From: Clostridia bacterium
GTDB lineage: Bacteria > Bacillota > Clostridia > UMGS1883
Assembly (NCBI GenBank): GCA_017440585.1
Contig: JAFSGW010000017.1
Location: forward strand, 17,401-81,400
DNA: 64,000 nucleotides
Reading direction: 5' to 3'
Made by a program: the position numbers and the translations under genes. This document shows, one piece after another, positions 27,480 to 36,617 of the stretch; the first letter of the stretch is position 1, and each line of letters opens with the position of its first letter. The notes under the pieces were generated by a model that was not told the DNA's origin, did no database searches, and was given only the letters and a program-made list of their open reading frames with translations.

Positions 27480-27897
27480 AACAGTAATGGACCACTTTAC
27501 AAACCCCAGAAACGTAGGCTGCATCGAAAATGCAGACGGTGTTGGCGAGGTTGGCAACGTAAAGTGCGGCGATATAATGAAGATTTATCTTGTAATTGAG
27601 GATAACATCATTAAGGACGTAAAGTTTGAAACCTTCGGTTGCGGCAGTGCTATTGCAGCAAGCAGTATTTCCACAGAAATGATTATGGGCAAAACAGTTG
27701 AAGAAGCCCTTGCTCTTTCCAATAAAGAGGTTGTTGAAGCATTAGGTGGTCTTCCTGCCCCCAAGATTCATTGCTCAGTGCTTGCTGAAGAAGCTATAAA
27801 GGCTGCAATTAAGGACTATTACGATAAGAACGGTATCGAATACGATAAGGCTTTGTTCCCCGATTGCGCAAACTGCGATCATTGTGACCATCACTAA
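27466..27897 (+). CDS. nifU: Fe-S cluster assembly scaffold protein NifU/IscU
   Basis: Conserved Cys motifs (GNVKCGD, FGCGSAIA, HCS); overlaps the nifS stop. Confidence 0.85.
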   Translation: MLYSKTVMDHFTNPRNVGCIENADGVGEVGNVKCGDIMKIYLVIEDNIIKDVKFETFGCGSAIAASSISTEMIMGKTVEEALALSNKEVVEALGGLPAPKIHCSVLAEEAIKAAIKDYYDKNGIEYDKALFPDCANCDHCDHH

Positions 27898-27920
27898 ACT
27901 TACACAAAGGAGAAACAATT

Positions 27921-28838
27921 ATGGACACATTATCTATCCGTGACGAAATCCTCCGTTTGAAAAAAGAAAAAGATGTATGCATTCTGGCACACAGCTATCA
28001 GGCTAAGGCAATTACAGAAATTGCCGACTTTACGGGCGACAGCTATCAGCTCAGCGTAATGGCATCGAAAACAGATGCAAAAACCGTTATTATGTGCGGT
28101 GTACGCTTCATGGCTGAAACCGTGAAAATTCTTTCACCTGAGAAAACAGTTATTCTTTCAAGCCCCATTGCAGGCTGTCCTATGGCAGAGCAGATGAGCA
28201 AGGAATACATTGAAAACATAAAGAAAAGCTATCCTGATTATGCTGTTGTTGCTTATATCAACACAACGGCAGAGCTGAAAACCATATGCGACGTTTGTGT
28301 TACAAGTGCCTCTGCGGTGAAGATTGTAAAGAATATTCCCAACGATAAAATTCTTTTCATTCCCGACTGTAACTTAGGTAGCTACGTTGCAAAGAATGTT
28401 CCCGAAAAAACATTCAAGCTTCTTCATGGCGGTTGCCCCATCCACGGTAAGATAACGGGAGAAGAGGCAAGGGTGGCAAAGAGGCTTCATCCTGATGCAA
28501 AATTCCTTGTGCATCCCGAATGTGTTCCTCAGGTTGTTGCTCAGGCTGATGTTGTAGGCTCTACAACAGTTATTATCGACTATGCAAAGCAGAGCGAGGA
28601 AAAGGAATTTATTATCGGAACAGAAATTGCAATTTCTGAATATCTGCAGTTTGAATGCCCCGAAAAGAAGTTCTATCCCTTATCCTCAAAGCTTATATGC
28701 CCTGATATGAAGGCAACAACACTGGTTGATGTGTATAATATTTTGAAGGGTGACGGCGGTGAAGTTATTGAGCTTCCCGAGGAAACCATAGTCAAGGCTC
28801 GTGCATGTATTGACAAGATGATTGAGCTTGGTGGCTGA
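27921..28838 (+). CDS. nadA: Quinolinate synthase A
   Basis: AHSYQAKAITEIADFTGDSYQLS, three conserved Cys regions for the 4Fe-4S cluster; 305 aa. Confidence 0.85.
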   Translation: MDTLSIRDEILRLKKEKDVCILAHSYQAKAITEIADFTGDSYQLSVMASKTDAKTVIMCGVRFMAETVKILSPEKTVILSSPIAGCPMAEQMSKEYIENIKKSYPDYAVVAYINTTAELKTICDVCVTSASAVKIVKNIPNDKILFIPDCNLGSYVAKNVPEKTFKLLHGGCPIHGKITGEEARVAKRLHPDAKFLVHPECVPQVVAQADVVGSTTVIIDYAKQSEEKEFIIGTEIAISEYLQFECPEKKFYPLSSKLICPDMKATTLVDVYNILKGDGGEVIELPEETIVKARACIDKMIELGG

Positions 28839-28851
28839 TACATAAAGGCTT

Positions 28852-28882
28852 AAAAGACGATGCACGTGCATCGTCTTTTTGC
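28852..28882 (+). terminator. Rho-independent terminator
   Basis: AAAAGACGATGCAC / GTGCATCGTCTTTT stem plus T-run. Confidence 0.85.
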
Positions 28883-28908
28883 TTTAAAGATGAGAAGGAG
28901 GCATACGT

Positions 28909-31464
28909 ATGATTAAGTTTAGACTGCTTGAGGGACGTGTGCAAAATGGCGGTGTTACCTTTGGTGTGCCGCATTTTAAAGGCGAAATAAGTGACAGTAA
29001 TAATCTTATTGTTGAGCAGGGCGAGAGTGTGCTTTTATCGCAAAATAAACCCATTGCCTTCTGGGAGGACGGGTCTGTCAAGTGGAGTGCTGTTTCGGTA
29101 GTGCCCGGTGATGGCGAAGTAACCGTAAGGCAGGGATTTGGGATAAAGGCTGATAATATGCCCGTTACAGAAACCGTTGAAAGCATCACCGTTGACAACG
29201 GATGCTTTAAAGCTGTTTTTTATAAAAAAGGTAATGTATTAATGGAAACCGACAGCTTTTCTGTAGGGTTAAAGGCTGTAAAGACACTTGTTACAAAGGA
29301 AAAGGATGTAACAATAAAAAAAGAGATAACCTATCACGGTGAAATAACTGAGTGTATGACAGAAGAGACGGGAAGTGTAAAAACGGTTATATGTTTAAAG
29401 GGTGCGCATAAGGCTGAGGACAGTTTTCTTCCGTTTATTCTCAGAGTTACGTTGTATAAAAATTCACCCAAGGCTGATATTGTACACACCTTTATTTATG
29501 ATGGCGATGCAGTAAAGGATTTTATAGGCGGTATAGGTGTATGTGTAAAACACAAGATGAAGGGAAACTGTGCAAACCGCCGTGTGAAAATAGCAGGTGA
29601 CAGTGGTATTTTCCATGAACCCCTTAAGATGCTCACCACCTGGAGACCAAGAATTAAAAGAGAATATTATATGGCTCAGCTACGGGGCGAAAGCATTGAT
29701 GTGTTGAATATTTATGATGAACGTGGGCAAAAGGTGAGCGATGAGGTGATTGACAATGTAACCGTGTGGGACTGCTATAAGTATACTCAGGTTACGCCTG
29801 ACAGCTTTAAAATTACAAAGAGAACTGCTCATGAGGAATGTGCATATATAAATGCAGGCTTTGGCAAAAGGGCAAAGGGGCTTTTATATGCTGGAGATGA
29901 AAAAGGTGGTATTGCAGTTGCTATGCGCCATTTTTACGAAAAAGCACCCTCTGCCATATGGGCTGAAAAGCTTTCGGAGGACGAAGCTGAAATAACTGCA
30001 TGGATTCATCCTGCAGATAGTGAAGCACTTGACCTGCGACACTATGACACAGTTTCTCACGACCAGACCTATTACGAGGGCTTTCCGTATCTTGATTCTG
30101 ACCCTTACGGCATTGCATGCACCAATGAATTGTCTGTTTTTGTCTATGGCGAGACACCGGAGGATGATAAGCTTTTATCTGATGCGGAAAGTGTGGCAAG
30201 ACCTGCAGTGTATGTGACGGATAGTGAAACCTATAAAAACACAAATGTTCTGGGCACGTTTTCATTGCCCGATAAATCCACTCCCTTTAAGGCATGGCTT
30301 GAGGAGGAGCTTGACAAGGCGGTTGACTTTTATATTGAAGAGGTTGAAAAAAGGCACTGGTATGGGCTTTTTGACTACGGCGATGTTATGCATACCTACG
30401 ATGCCATCCGCCACTCATGGAAGTATGACATGGGCGGATACGCCTGGCAGAATACAGAGCTTGTGCCTACCTTGTGGCTGTGGTATATGTTCTTAAGAAG
30501 TGGCAGAGGCGATGTTTTTAGCCTTGCAGAGGCTATGAGCCGTCATACGGCAGATGTTGACGTTTATCACATGGGTGCTAAAAAAGGCCTTGGAAGCAGG
30601 CATAATGTGCTTCACTGGGGTGATTCCTGCAAGGAAGCCAGAATTGCTATGGCGGGGCACCACAGACCGCTTTATTATATAATGGGCGGTGATGCACGTA
30701 TTGGAGACGTGTTTGACGATGTTCGTGACGGTGATATGGCAACCATTTTAACTGACCCCTTGGGTGCATTTTACAAAAAGGATACAATGAAACTTCCGAC
30801 CCATGCAAGGCTCGGTCCTGACTGGTCAAGCTACTGCTCCAACTGGTATACAGAATGGGAAAGAAAGGGTAATACTCAATACCGTGATAAAATAGAAACA
30901 GGTGTTGCAGATATACGAAGTGCACCACTTGGCATGATATCGGGTCCTGATTTTGAATACGATCCCGAAACGGGACACCTGGGCTATTTTGGCGAGAACG
31001 CCACGGGAGGGATGCACCTTGCAATTTGTATGGGTGGACCACAGACCTGGATGGAGCTTGCAGATAAATTAAGTGATGATAAATTGAAAAATATGCTCGC
31101 AGAATTCGGCAGATTTTACTTTCTTTCTTCCGAGGAAAAGCAGAAGGAGGGAAAAGGGCTTAAAAGGGCAGGAGCGTATTCCTTCCCATATATGGCAGCA
31201 GCAATGGGAGCATATGCGGCAAAAGAATATAAGGACGAAAACCTTGCATATAAAGTATGGAAAGAGCTTATAGGTGCCCTTCCTCAGGGAGGCTTTGACA
31301 AAAAGACGGTGAAGTATTATAATAATGATAAGCTTGAGGAAATAGTTCATATAAGCACTAACTTTGCATCACAGTGGTGTCTTAATACTATTGTGTGCCT
31401 TGAATTAATAAAAGAATATATTCCCAAGAGCTTGAAAGAACATAATAATGAAAAGGAGATATAA
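28909..31464 (+). CDS. Large (851 aa) cytoplasmic hypothetical protein, family not recognised
   Basis: GGAGG RBS; no signal peptide; conserved-looking blocks HWYGLFDYGDVMHTYD, GGYAWQNTELVPTLWLWYMFLRSG, HNVLHWGDSCKEARIAMAGHHRP. Confidence 0.5.
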   Translation: MIKFRLLEGRVQNGGVTFGVPHFKGEISDSNNLIVEQGESVLLSQNKPIAFWEDGSVKWSAVSVVPGDGEVTVRQGFGIKADNMPVTETVESITVDNGCFKAVFYKKGNVLMETDSFSVGLKAVKTLVTKEKDVTIKKEITYHGEITECMTEETGSVKTVICLKGAHKAEDSFLPFILRVTLYKNSPKADIVHTFIYDGDAVKDFIGGIGVCVKHKMKGNCANRRVKIAGDSGIFHEPLKMLTTWRPRIKREYYMAQLRGESIDVLNIYDERGQKVSDEVIDNVTVWDCYKYTQVTPDSFKITKRTAHEECAYINAGFGKRAKGLLYAGDEKGGIAVAMRHFYEKAPSAIWAEKLSEDEAEITAWIHPADSEALDLRHYDTVSHDQTYYEGFPYLDSDPYGIACTNELSVFVYGETPEDDKLLSDAESVARPAVYVTDSETYKNTNVLGTFSLPDKSTPFKAWLEEELDKAVDFYIEEVEKRHWYGLFDYGDVMHTYDAIRHSWKYDMGGYAWQNTELVPTLWLWYMFLRSGRGDVFSLAEAMSRHTADVDVYHMGAKKGLGSRHNVLHWGDSCKEARIAMAGHHRPLYYIMGGDARIGDVFDDVRDGDMATILTDPLGAFYKKDTMKLPTHARLGPDWSSYCSNWYTEWERKGNTQYRDKIETGVADIRSAPLGMISGPDFEYDPETGHLGYFGENATGGMHLAICMGGPQTWMELADKLSDDKLKNMLAEFGRFYFLSSEEKQKEGKGLKRAGAYSFPYMAAAMGAYAAKEYKDENLAYKVWKELIGALPQGGFDKKTVKYYNNDKLEEIVHISTNFASQWCLNTIVCLELIKEYIPKSLKEHNNEKEI

Positions 31465-31466
31465 AT

Positions 31467-32267
31467 ATGGGATTTTTAACAGGAAAAACAGCGATTATTA
31501 CAGGTGCAGGCTTTGCAGCACTTTCTGACGGAAGATGCGGCTCCATAGGCTACGGCATTGCAACAGCTTATGCAAAGGAAGGCTGCAATCTGGTTATCAC
31601 GGGTCGCAATGTAGCAAAGCTTGAAAAAGCAAAGGAAGAGCTTGAGAGCCTTTACGGCATTAAGGTACTTGCACTTCCTGCAGATATTTCAGAAGGCAGT
31701 GATAACGAGGCAATTGCAAAGAGTGTTGCGGAAAAAGCAATTGAAGCCTTCGGCAGAATTGACGTGCTTATTAACAATGCTCAGGCATCTGCATCGGGCG
31801 TTACAATTCAGGACCATACAACAGAACAGTTTAACCTTGCTATGTACTCGGGTCTTTATGCAACCTTCTACTACATGAAGGCATGCTATCCTTACCTTAA
31901 GGAAACAAAGGGCAGCGTTATAAACTTTGCTTCAGGTGCAGGCTTGTTCGGCAATTACGGACAGTGCTCCTACGCAGCTGCAAAGGAAGCTATCCGCGGC
32001 CTCAGTCGTGTTGCGGCTACAGAATGGGCAAAGGATGGCATTAACACAAATGTTGTGTGCCCCTTAGCATGGACAAGTCAGCTCGAAAACTTTGAAAAGG
32101 CTTATCCCGAAGCCTTTAAGGCAAATGTGAAGATGCCTCCTGCAGGTCACTATGGTGATGCAGAGCTTGAAATAGGCAGAGTATGTGTTCAGCTTGCTTC
32201 TCCCGACTTTAAGTATATGAATGGTGAAACCCTCACTTTAGAAGGCGGAATGGGCTTAAGACCGTAA
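31467..32267 (+). CDS. SDR family oxidoreductase with interrupted glycine-rich motif (FabI/FabL-like N-terminus)
   Basis: GKTAIITGAGFAALSDGRCGSIGYGIATAYA, NNAQ, catalytic YAAAK; 3 nt after the upstream stop. Confidence 0.75.
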   Translation: MGFLTGKTAIITGAGFAALSDGRCGSIGYGIATAYAKEGCNLVITGRNVAKLEKAKEELESLYGIKVLALPADISEGSDNEAIAKSVAEKAIEAFGRIDVLINNAQASASGVTIQDHTTEQFNLAMYSGLYATFYYMKACYPYLKETKGSVINFASGAGLFGNYGQCSYAAAKEAIRGLSRVAATEWAKDGINTNVVCPLAWTSQLENFEKAYPEAFKANVKMPPAGHYGDAELEIGRVCVQLASPDFKYMNGETLTLEGGMGLRP

Positions 32268-32273
32268 ACGAAG

Positions 32274-33626
32274 GTGAAAATAATGGAACAGACAAAAAAC
32301 GATTTTTCCGTTGGTTCTGTTAAAAGACTTATAATTTCTCAGGCTGTACCCCTGACACTTGCTCAGGCGGTACAGCTTCTGTACAATGTTGTTGACAGAA
32401 TTTACATAGGGCATCTGGAAAACATAGGTGACATTGCTTTAACCGGGCTTGGCATAACCTTTCCCGTAATAGTTATTGTAGCGGCGTTTACGAGCCTTTT
32501 CGGCACGGGCGGAACAACTGTTTTCTCAATTGCACGGGGAAAGGGCGAAACGGATGAGGCGGAGAAGGTTATAGGCAACGTGTTTATGCTGCTTGTCCTC
32601 TTTTCGGTGGGGCTTTTTGCACTGTGCTATTTATTTAAAAGACCGATACTTTTTTTATTCGGTGCAAGCGAGGAGTCCTTTGTTCATGCCAATGCATACC
32701 TTCAGATTTACCTTTACGGCACACTCTTTTCCATGCTTTCCACGGGCATGAACGGCTTTATAAACGCTCAGGGCTTCCCGAAGGTGGGCATGCTGTCGGT
32801 TATTATTGGTGCAGCGGTAAATATTGTGCTTGACCCTATATTCATTTTTGGCTTAGATATGGGCGTAAAGGGTGCTGCCATGGCAACTGTTATAAGCCAG
32901 GCTATATCAGCTTTATGGGTTGTGGGCTTTCTTTTAAGCAAAAAGGCGATTTTGAGGCTTTCCTTTAATAAACTCAGAATTAGTCAAAACAGACTCTGTA
33001 AAATTGTTAGCCTTGGGCTCCCGGGCTTTGTTATGCAGGGCACAAACAGCCTTGTGCAGATTGTGTGCAACCGTCAGCTTCAGCAGTATGGCGGTGATTT
33101 ATATGTTGGTATAATGACAGTTTTAAACTCCGTAAGGGAAATGGTGTCACTGCCTGTTATGGGCATAAGCCACGGTGCACAGCCCATTTTAGGCTTCAAT
33201 TACGGTGCAAAACAGAACAAACGTGTAAAAGAAGGCATACGCTTCACTGCAACACTTGGTATGGTGTACACGCTTTTTGCATGGCTTCTTGTGATGCTTA
33301 TCCCGAAGGAGCTTATGAGCATTTTCTCCGAGGATGCCGAGACTATTGCAGTCGGTGCGCAGATGCTCAATATTTACTTTTTCGGCTTTGTGTTTATGGC
33401 ATTTCAGTTTGCAGGGCAAACGGCGTTTCAATCCCTTGGCAAGGCGAAGCAGGCAATTTTCTTTTCACTTTTCAGAAAGGCCATTATTGTTGTGCCACTT
33501 ACAATTATTCTGCCCTTATGCGGCTTGGGCGTTGAAGGTGTGTTCTGGGCAGAGCCAATTTCAAATGCGGTAGGCGGCTTGGCGGCATTTGGTGCAATGT
33601 GGGCTATGATATACAGAAAGTTATAG
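32274..33626 (+). CDS. MATE family efflux transporter
   Basis: 12-TM protein with MATE N- and C-lobe signatures (AQAVQLLYNVVDRIYIGHL). Confidence 0.8.
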   Translation: MKIMEQTKNDFSVGSVKRLIISQAVPLTLAQAVQLLYNVVDRIYIGHLENIGDIALTGLGITFPVIVIVAAFTSLFGTGGTTVFSIARGKGETDEAEKVIGNVFMLLVLFSVGLFALCYLFKRPILFLFGASEESFVHANAYLQIYLYGTLFSMLSTGMNGFINAQGFPKVGMLSVIIGAAVNIVLDPIFIFGLDMGVKGAAMATVISQAISALWVVGFLLSKKAILRLSFNKLRISQNRLCKIVSLGLPGFVMQGTNSLVQIVCNRQLQQYGGDLYVGIMTVLNSVREMVSLPVMGISHGAQPILGFNYGAKQNKRVKEGIRFTATLGMVYTLFAWLLVMLIPKELMSIFSEDAETIAVGAQMLNIYFFGFVFMAFQFAGQTAFQSLGKAKQAIFFSLFRKAIIVVPLTIILPLCGLGVEGVFWAEPISNAVGGLAAFGAMWAMIYRKL

Positions 33627-33629
33627 AAT

Positions 33630-33660
33630 TAAAGGCTTCCTTTATGAGGAAGCCTTTTGT
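33630..33660. terminator. Bidirectional hairpin between convergent MATE and deacetylase genes
   Basis: AAGGCTTCC / GGAAGCCTT stem with 7-nt loop, T-run downstream; includes the stop codon of the minus-strand gene. Confidence 0.6.
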
Positions 33661-34400
33661 TGTCTGCCTGTGTGGTCGATGGTGTAGTTTTCTTTATAGA
33701 TTAAGTCGCCGACCTTACAGAAGGTATAACCTTCGTTTTTTAATGCTTGCAAAATACCGGGGAGGGCAGAAGCGGTTTGCTTTGTGCCGTTATGGAAAAG
33801 GAGGATTGAGCCCGGTTGTAGTTTTGCAAAGATACGTTCCTTCATTTGCTCTTCTGTTAAATTCTTCCAGTCCAAACTGTCGATATTCCACTGAATGCAG
33901 TATCTGCCTGTTTCCTTGCAGGCTAAAATGGAGTTATTTGTATAGTCACCTGAGGGGGCACGCATTAAATTGGGGCGGATGCCTAAAACCGATTGAATAG
34001 CTGAGTCGCACTTATCCATGTCGGCTATTATTTCATCCTTGGAAAGAGTGGAGTAGAGGGTGTGGTTATAGCTGTGGGAGGCTATTTCATGCCCTGCATT
34101 ATAGAGCTTTTTCAAGCTTTCGGGAAAACGCTCTGCCCAGTCGCCCGTTACAAAGAAGGTTGAGGGGCAATTGTGCTCATTTAAAACAGAAATAATTGTG
34201 TCGATATCGTCGTCATTCCAGGCTGAGTCAAAAGTGACGGCGATTTTCTTTTCTTCCGTTTCAACAGAATAGATGGGAAGCTCCTTTGTTTTTGTTGATG
34301 TTTCCATGGTTTCGATAAAGCTCGGCAGGGAGAAAGCTGCAATGAGAAGTACCGTGGCACAAAGTATAAGTTTTTTTGCACTTAAAACAAATATTTTCAC
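33642..34400 (-). CDS. Polysaccharide deacetylase (NodB homology), PdaA-like peptidoglycan MurNAc deacetylase
   Basis: Signal/anchor then TFDSAWND, HSYNH, MRAPSGDY, LLFHNG motifs; GTG start sharing 1 nt with the cwlD stop. Confidence 0.75.
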   Translation of the reverse strand: MKIFVLSAKKLILCATVLLIAAFSLPSFIETMETSTKTKELPIYSVETEEKKIAVTFDSAWNDDDIDTIISVLNEHNCPSTFFVTGDWAERFPESLKKLYNAGHEIASHSYNHTLYSTLSKDEIIADMDKCDSAIQSVLGIRPNLMRAPSGDYTNNSILACKETGRYCIQWNIDSLDWKNLTEEQMKERIFAKLQPGSILLFHNGTKQTASALPGILQALKNEGYTFCKVGDLIYKENYTIDHTGRQQKASS

Positions 34401-35125
34401 TATAAGTCCTCACTTTTTACAAGATTTATTTTTTCATAATCATTGACATTGCGGTAATAGTCCACAATGCCGTCACAGATTGCCCCTGCAATCCGTTTCT
34501 GATAAGCTTTGTCGGAAAGAAGGGTTTCATCCTCGGGGTTTGAAAGGAAGCCACATTCCACTATAACTGCGGGGATTGTGGCGTTTTTCATTAAAAACAG
34601 TGTTTTTTCTGCTTGCTTTATGTTTCTTGTCTGCACTTTGGGGTCAATTTCTTTAATGCGGTCCATTATAAGCTGGGCAAGAAGTGTTGACTGCACAAAG
34701 TTTGGGGAATATAAAACCTCTGCACCGCGGTATTTTGCCTGGGAAAATTTATTGATATGTATGCTTACAAACATGTCGGATGGGGTTTTTGTCATAATAT
34801 CGAGGCGTTTGTACATATCTGCCTTTTTCTTTTTATCAAGCCCGTTTTCGTCCTCACGGGTGAGAACAACGTTGAAACCACGCTCAGAGAGCTCTTCCTT
34901 AAGCTGTAGCGAAATTTCTAAATTAAGAGGGCTTTCGGCAACCTTATTTTTACTTACTGCACCGCCGTCGGGAAGCCCGTGCCCCGGGTCAATAATAACC
35001 GTACGGACGTTTTCGTGGCGGAAGCTTACGGCAGGAGCACTGCGGACGGAAAAGCCAAGGGCTATAAAAATTATGAGAAGCCCCATAACAAAAAGCACAA
35101 GCCCTCGTTTAATTACAATTAACAA
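34400..35125 (-). CDS. cwlD: N-acetylmuramoyl-L-alanine amidase (Amidase_3), CwlD-like
   Basis: N-terminal TM; VIIDPGHG, SIHINKF, Amidase_3 Zn ligands. Confidence 0.75.
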   Translation of the reverse strand: MLIVIKRGLVLFVMGLLIIFIALGFSVRSAPAVSFRHENVRTVIIDPGHGLPDGGAVSKNKVAESPLNLEISLQLKEELSERGFNVVLTREDENGLDKKKKADMYKRLDIMTKTPSDMFVSIHINKFSQAKYRGAEVLYSPNFVQSTLLAQLIMDRIKEIDPKVQTRNIKQAEKTLFLMKNATIPAVIVECGFLSNPEDETLLSDKAYQKRIAGAICDGIVDYYRNVNDYEKINLVKSEDL

Positions 35126-35259
35126 TTAATTCACCTCATTTATACACTCTATGAATATTTGTGTGTAAAAATGCAATAAGGTTCTTGTAATAGATAAAGA
35201 AAAACTGCATATACTTATTAAAAAAGCTGTCAGAGCGTGTACATAAAGGAGTTGTGCAA

Positions 35260-35862
35260 ATGGAAAATAATAATTTTATAAGTCTGCAGGGGAAGGTAGA
35301 GGGGGCTGTTGAGTTCAGCCACAGTGTGCTTGATGAGGATTTTTACAAGTTTATGCTGAATGTATCGAGGCTTTCGGGGGTAGTGGATTCGCTCCCCGTT
35401 ACAGTGTCAAAAAGGCTTCTGGAAAATACAGAGCTTAATGACGGTGACCGTATAGCCCTGACGGGACAGCTGAGGAGCTATAACAAATACCAGGAAAACA
35501 GAACGAGGCTTATACTTACCGCTTTTGCAAAATCAATTGAAGAGGTTCATGATGAGGAAAACCCCAACAATGTGCTTCTTAACGGATATGTGTGCAAAAG
35601 CCCCACCTACAGAAAAACCCCCTTCGGCAGAGAAATTACTGACGTTATAATTGCGGTTAACCGTGCCTTTAACCGTTCCGACTATATTCCTACCATTTGT
35701 TGGGGCAAAAATGCACTTCTTTGCCGTGATTTGCCTGTTGGTGCAAATGTGCTTATAAAAGGCAGACTGCAGTCGCGGGAATATACAAAACGGCTGGGCG
35801 AGGATTTTGAAGTAAGAACTGCATATGAGGTTTCTGTGGGAGAAATTGAAGAAATTTCGTAA
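35260..35862 (+). CDS. SSB-like protein with two tandem OB folds and no acidic C-terminal tail
   Basis: Second half NVLLNGYVCKSPTYRKTPFGREITDVIIAVNR...ICWGKNA...VLIKGRLQSREY matches the SSB OB fold; first half is a degenerate OB; AAGGAG RBS 9 nt upstream. Confidence 0.5.
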   Translation: MENNNFISLQGKVEGAVEFSHSVLDEDFYKFMLNVSRLSGVVDSLPVTVSKRLLENTELNDGDRIALTGQLRSYNKYQENRTRLILTAFAKSIEEVHDEENPNNVLLNGYVCKSPTYRKTPFGREITDVIIAVNRAFNRSDYIPTICWGKNALLCRDLPVGANVLIKGRLQSREYTKRLGEDFEVRTAYEVSVGEIEEIS

Positions 35863-35929
35863 ATAATATATTGCAAGTGCACCGAAAATATAGTATAATC
35901 TACTTGTTAATAAAACTGTGAGGTGCAAC

Positions 35930-36340
35930 ATGCGGATTATAGGACTTGACTACGGTGAGGCAAGAATAGGCGTTGCCGTAAGCGATTTGCTCGGAACAAT
36001 TGCAAACCCTTTGGATACCATAAGCGAAAAGGACCGTGAAAAACAGCTTCTTAAGGTTTTAGAGGTTATTGAAAGGGAAAAGGCTGATAAAATAGTTGTG
36101 GGGCTTCCTAAAAGAATGGACGGCACATTGGGGCACCGTGCGGAATATACAAAGGCTTTTGCCGAGGAGCTTAGCGAAAGATGCTCTCTGCCGCTTGTTA
36201 TGTGGGATGAAAGGCTTTCTTCCTCTGAAGCACACCGCATGCTTGATGCAGGTGGCGTAAGCGGTAAAAAACGTAAAACAAAGGTTGACAAAATTGCCGC
36301 AGTTTTAATACTGCAGACATATCTTGACAGCCAAATATAG
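35930..36340 (+). CDS. ruvX: Holliday junction resolvase-like protein RuvX/YqgF
   Basis: MRIIGLDYGEARIGVAVSD, RNase H-like; GAGGTG RBS. Confidence 0.9.
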   Translation: MRIIGLDYGEARIGVAVSDLLGTIANPLDTISEKDREKQLLKVLEVIEREKADKIVVGLPKRMDGTLGHRAEYTKAFAEELSERCSLPLVMWDERLSSSEAHRMLDAGGVSGKKRKTKVDKIAAVLILQTYLDSQI

Positions 36341-36359
36341 AAAGAAAGGACGAATGATT

Positions 36360-36617
36360 ATGGATAACAAGGATGAAATTCTTGAAACTATGGAGGACTT
36401 TGACGTTTTAGATGAAATCGACTACGAGGGTGCTACATACTTTGCGATGACACCTATTGACGATGACAGCGAAGAAGCAGGCGAAGTTTTCATTATGAAG
36501 CTTGTTGAAATCAACGGTGCTGAAATGCTTGAAAGCGTTGAAGACGAGGAATTGTTTGACAAGATTTACGAAATTTTCAAGGAAAATAATGCAGACGAAT
36601 TTGACTTTGAAGACTGA
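36360..36617 (+). CDS. DUF1292 family acidic protein (YrzB-like)
   Basis: Highly acidic 85 aa; syntenic position after ruvX as in Bacillus yrrK-yrzB. Confidence 0.65.
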   Translation: MDNKDEILETMEDFDVLDEIDYEGATYFAMTPIDDDSEEAGEVFIMKLVEINGAEMLESVEDEELFDKIYEIFKENNADEFDFED

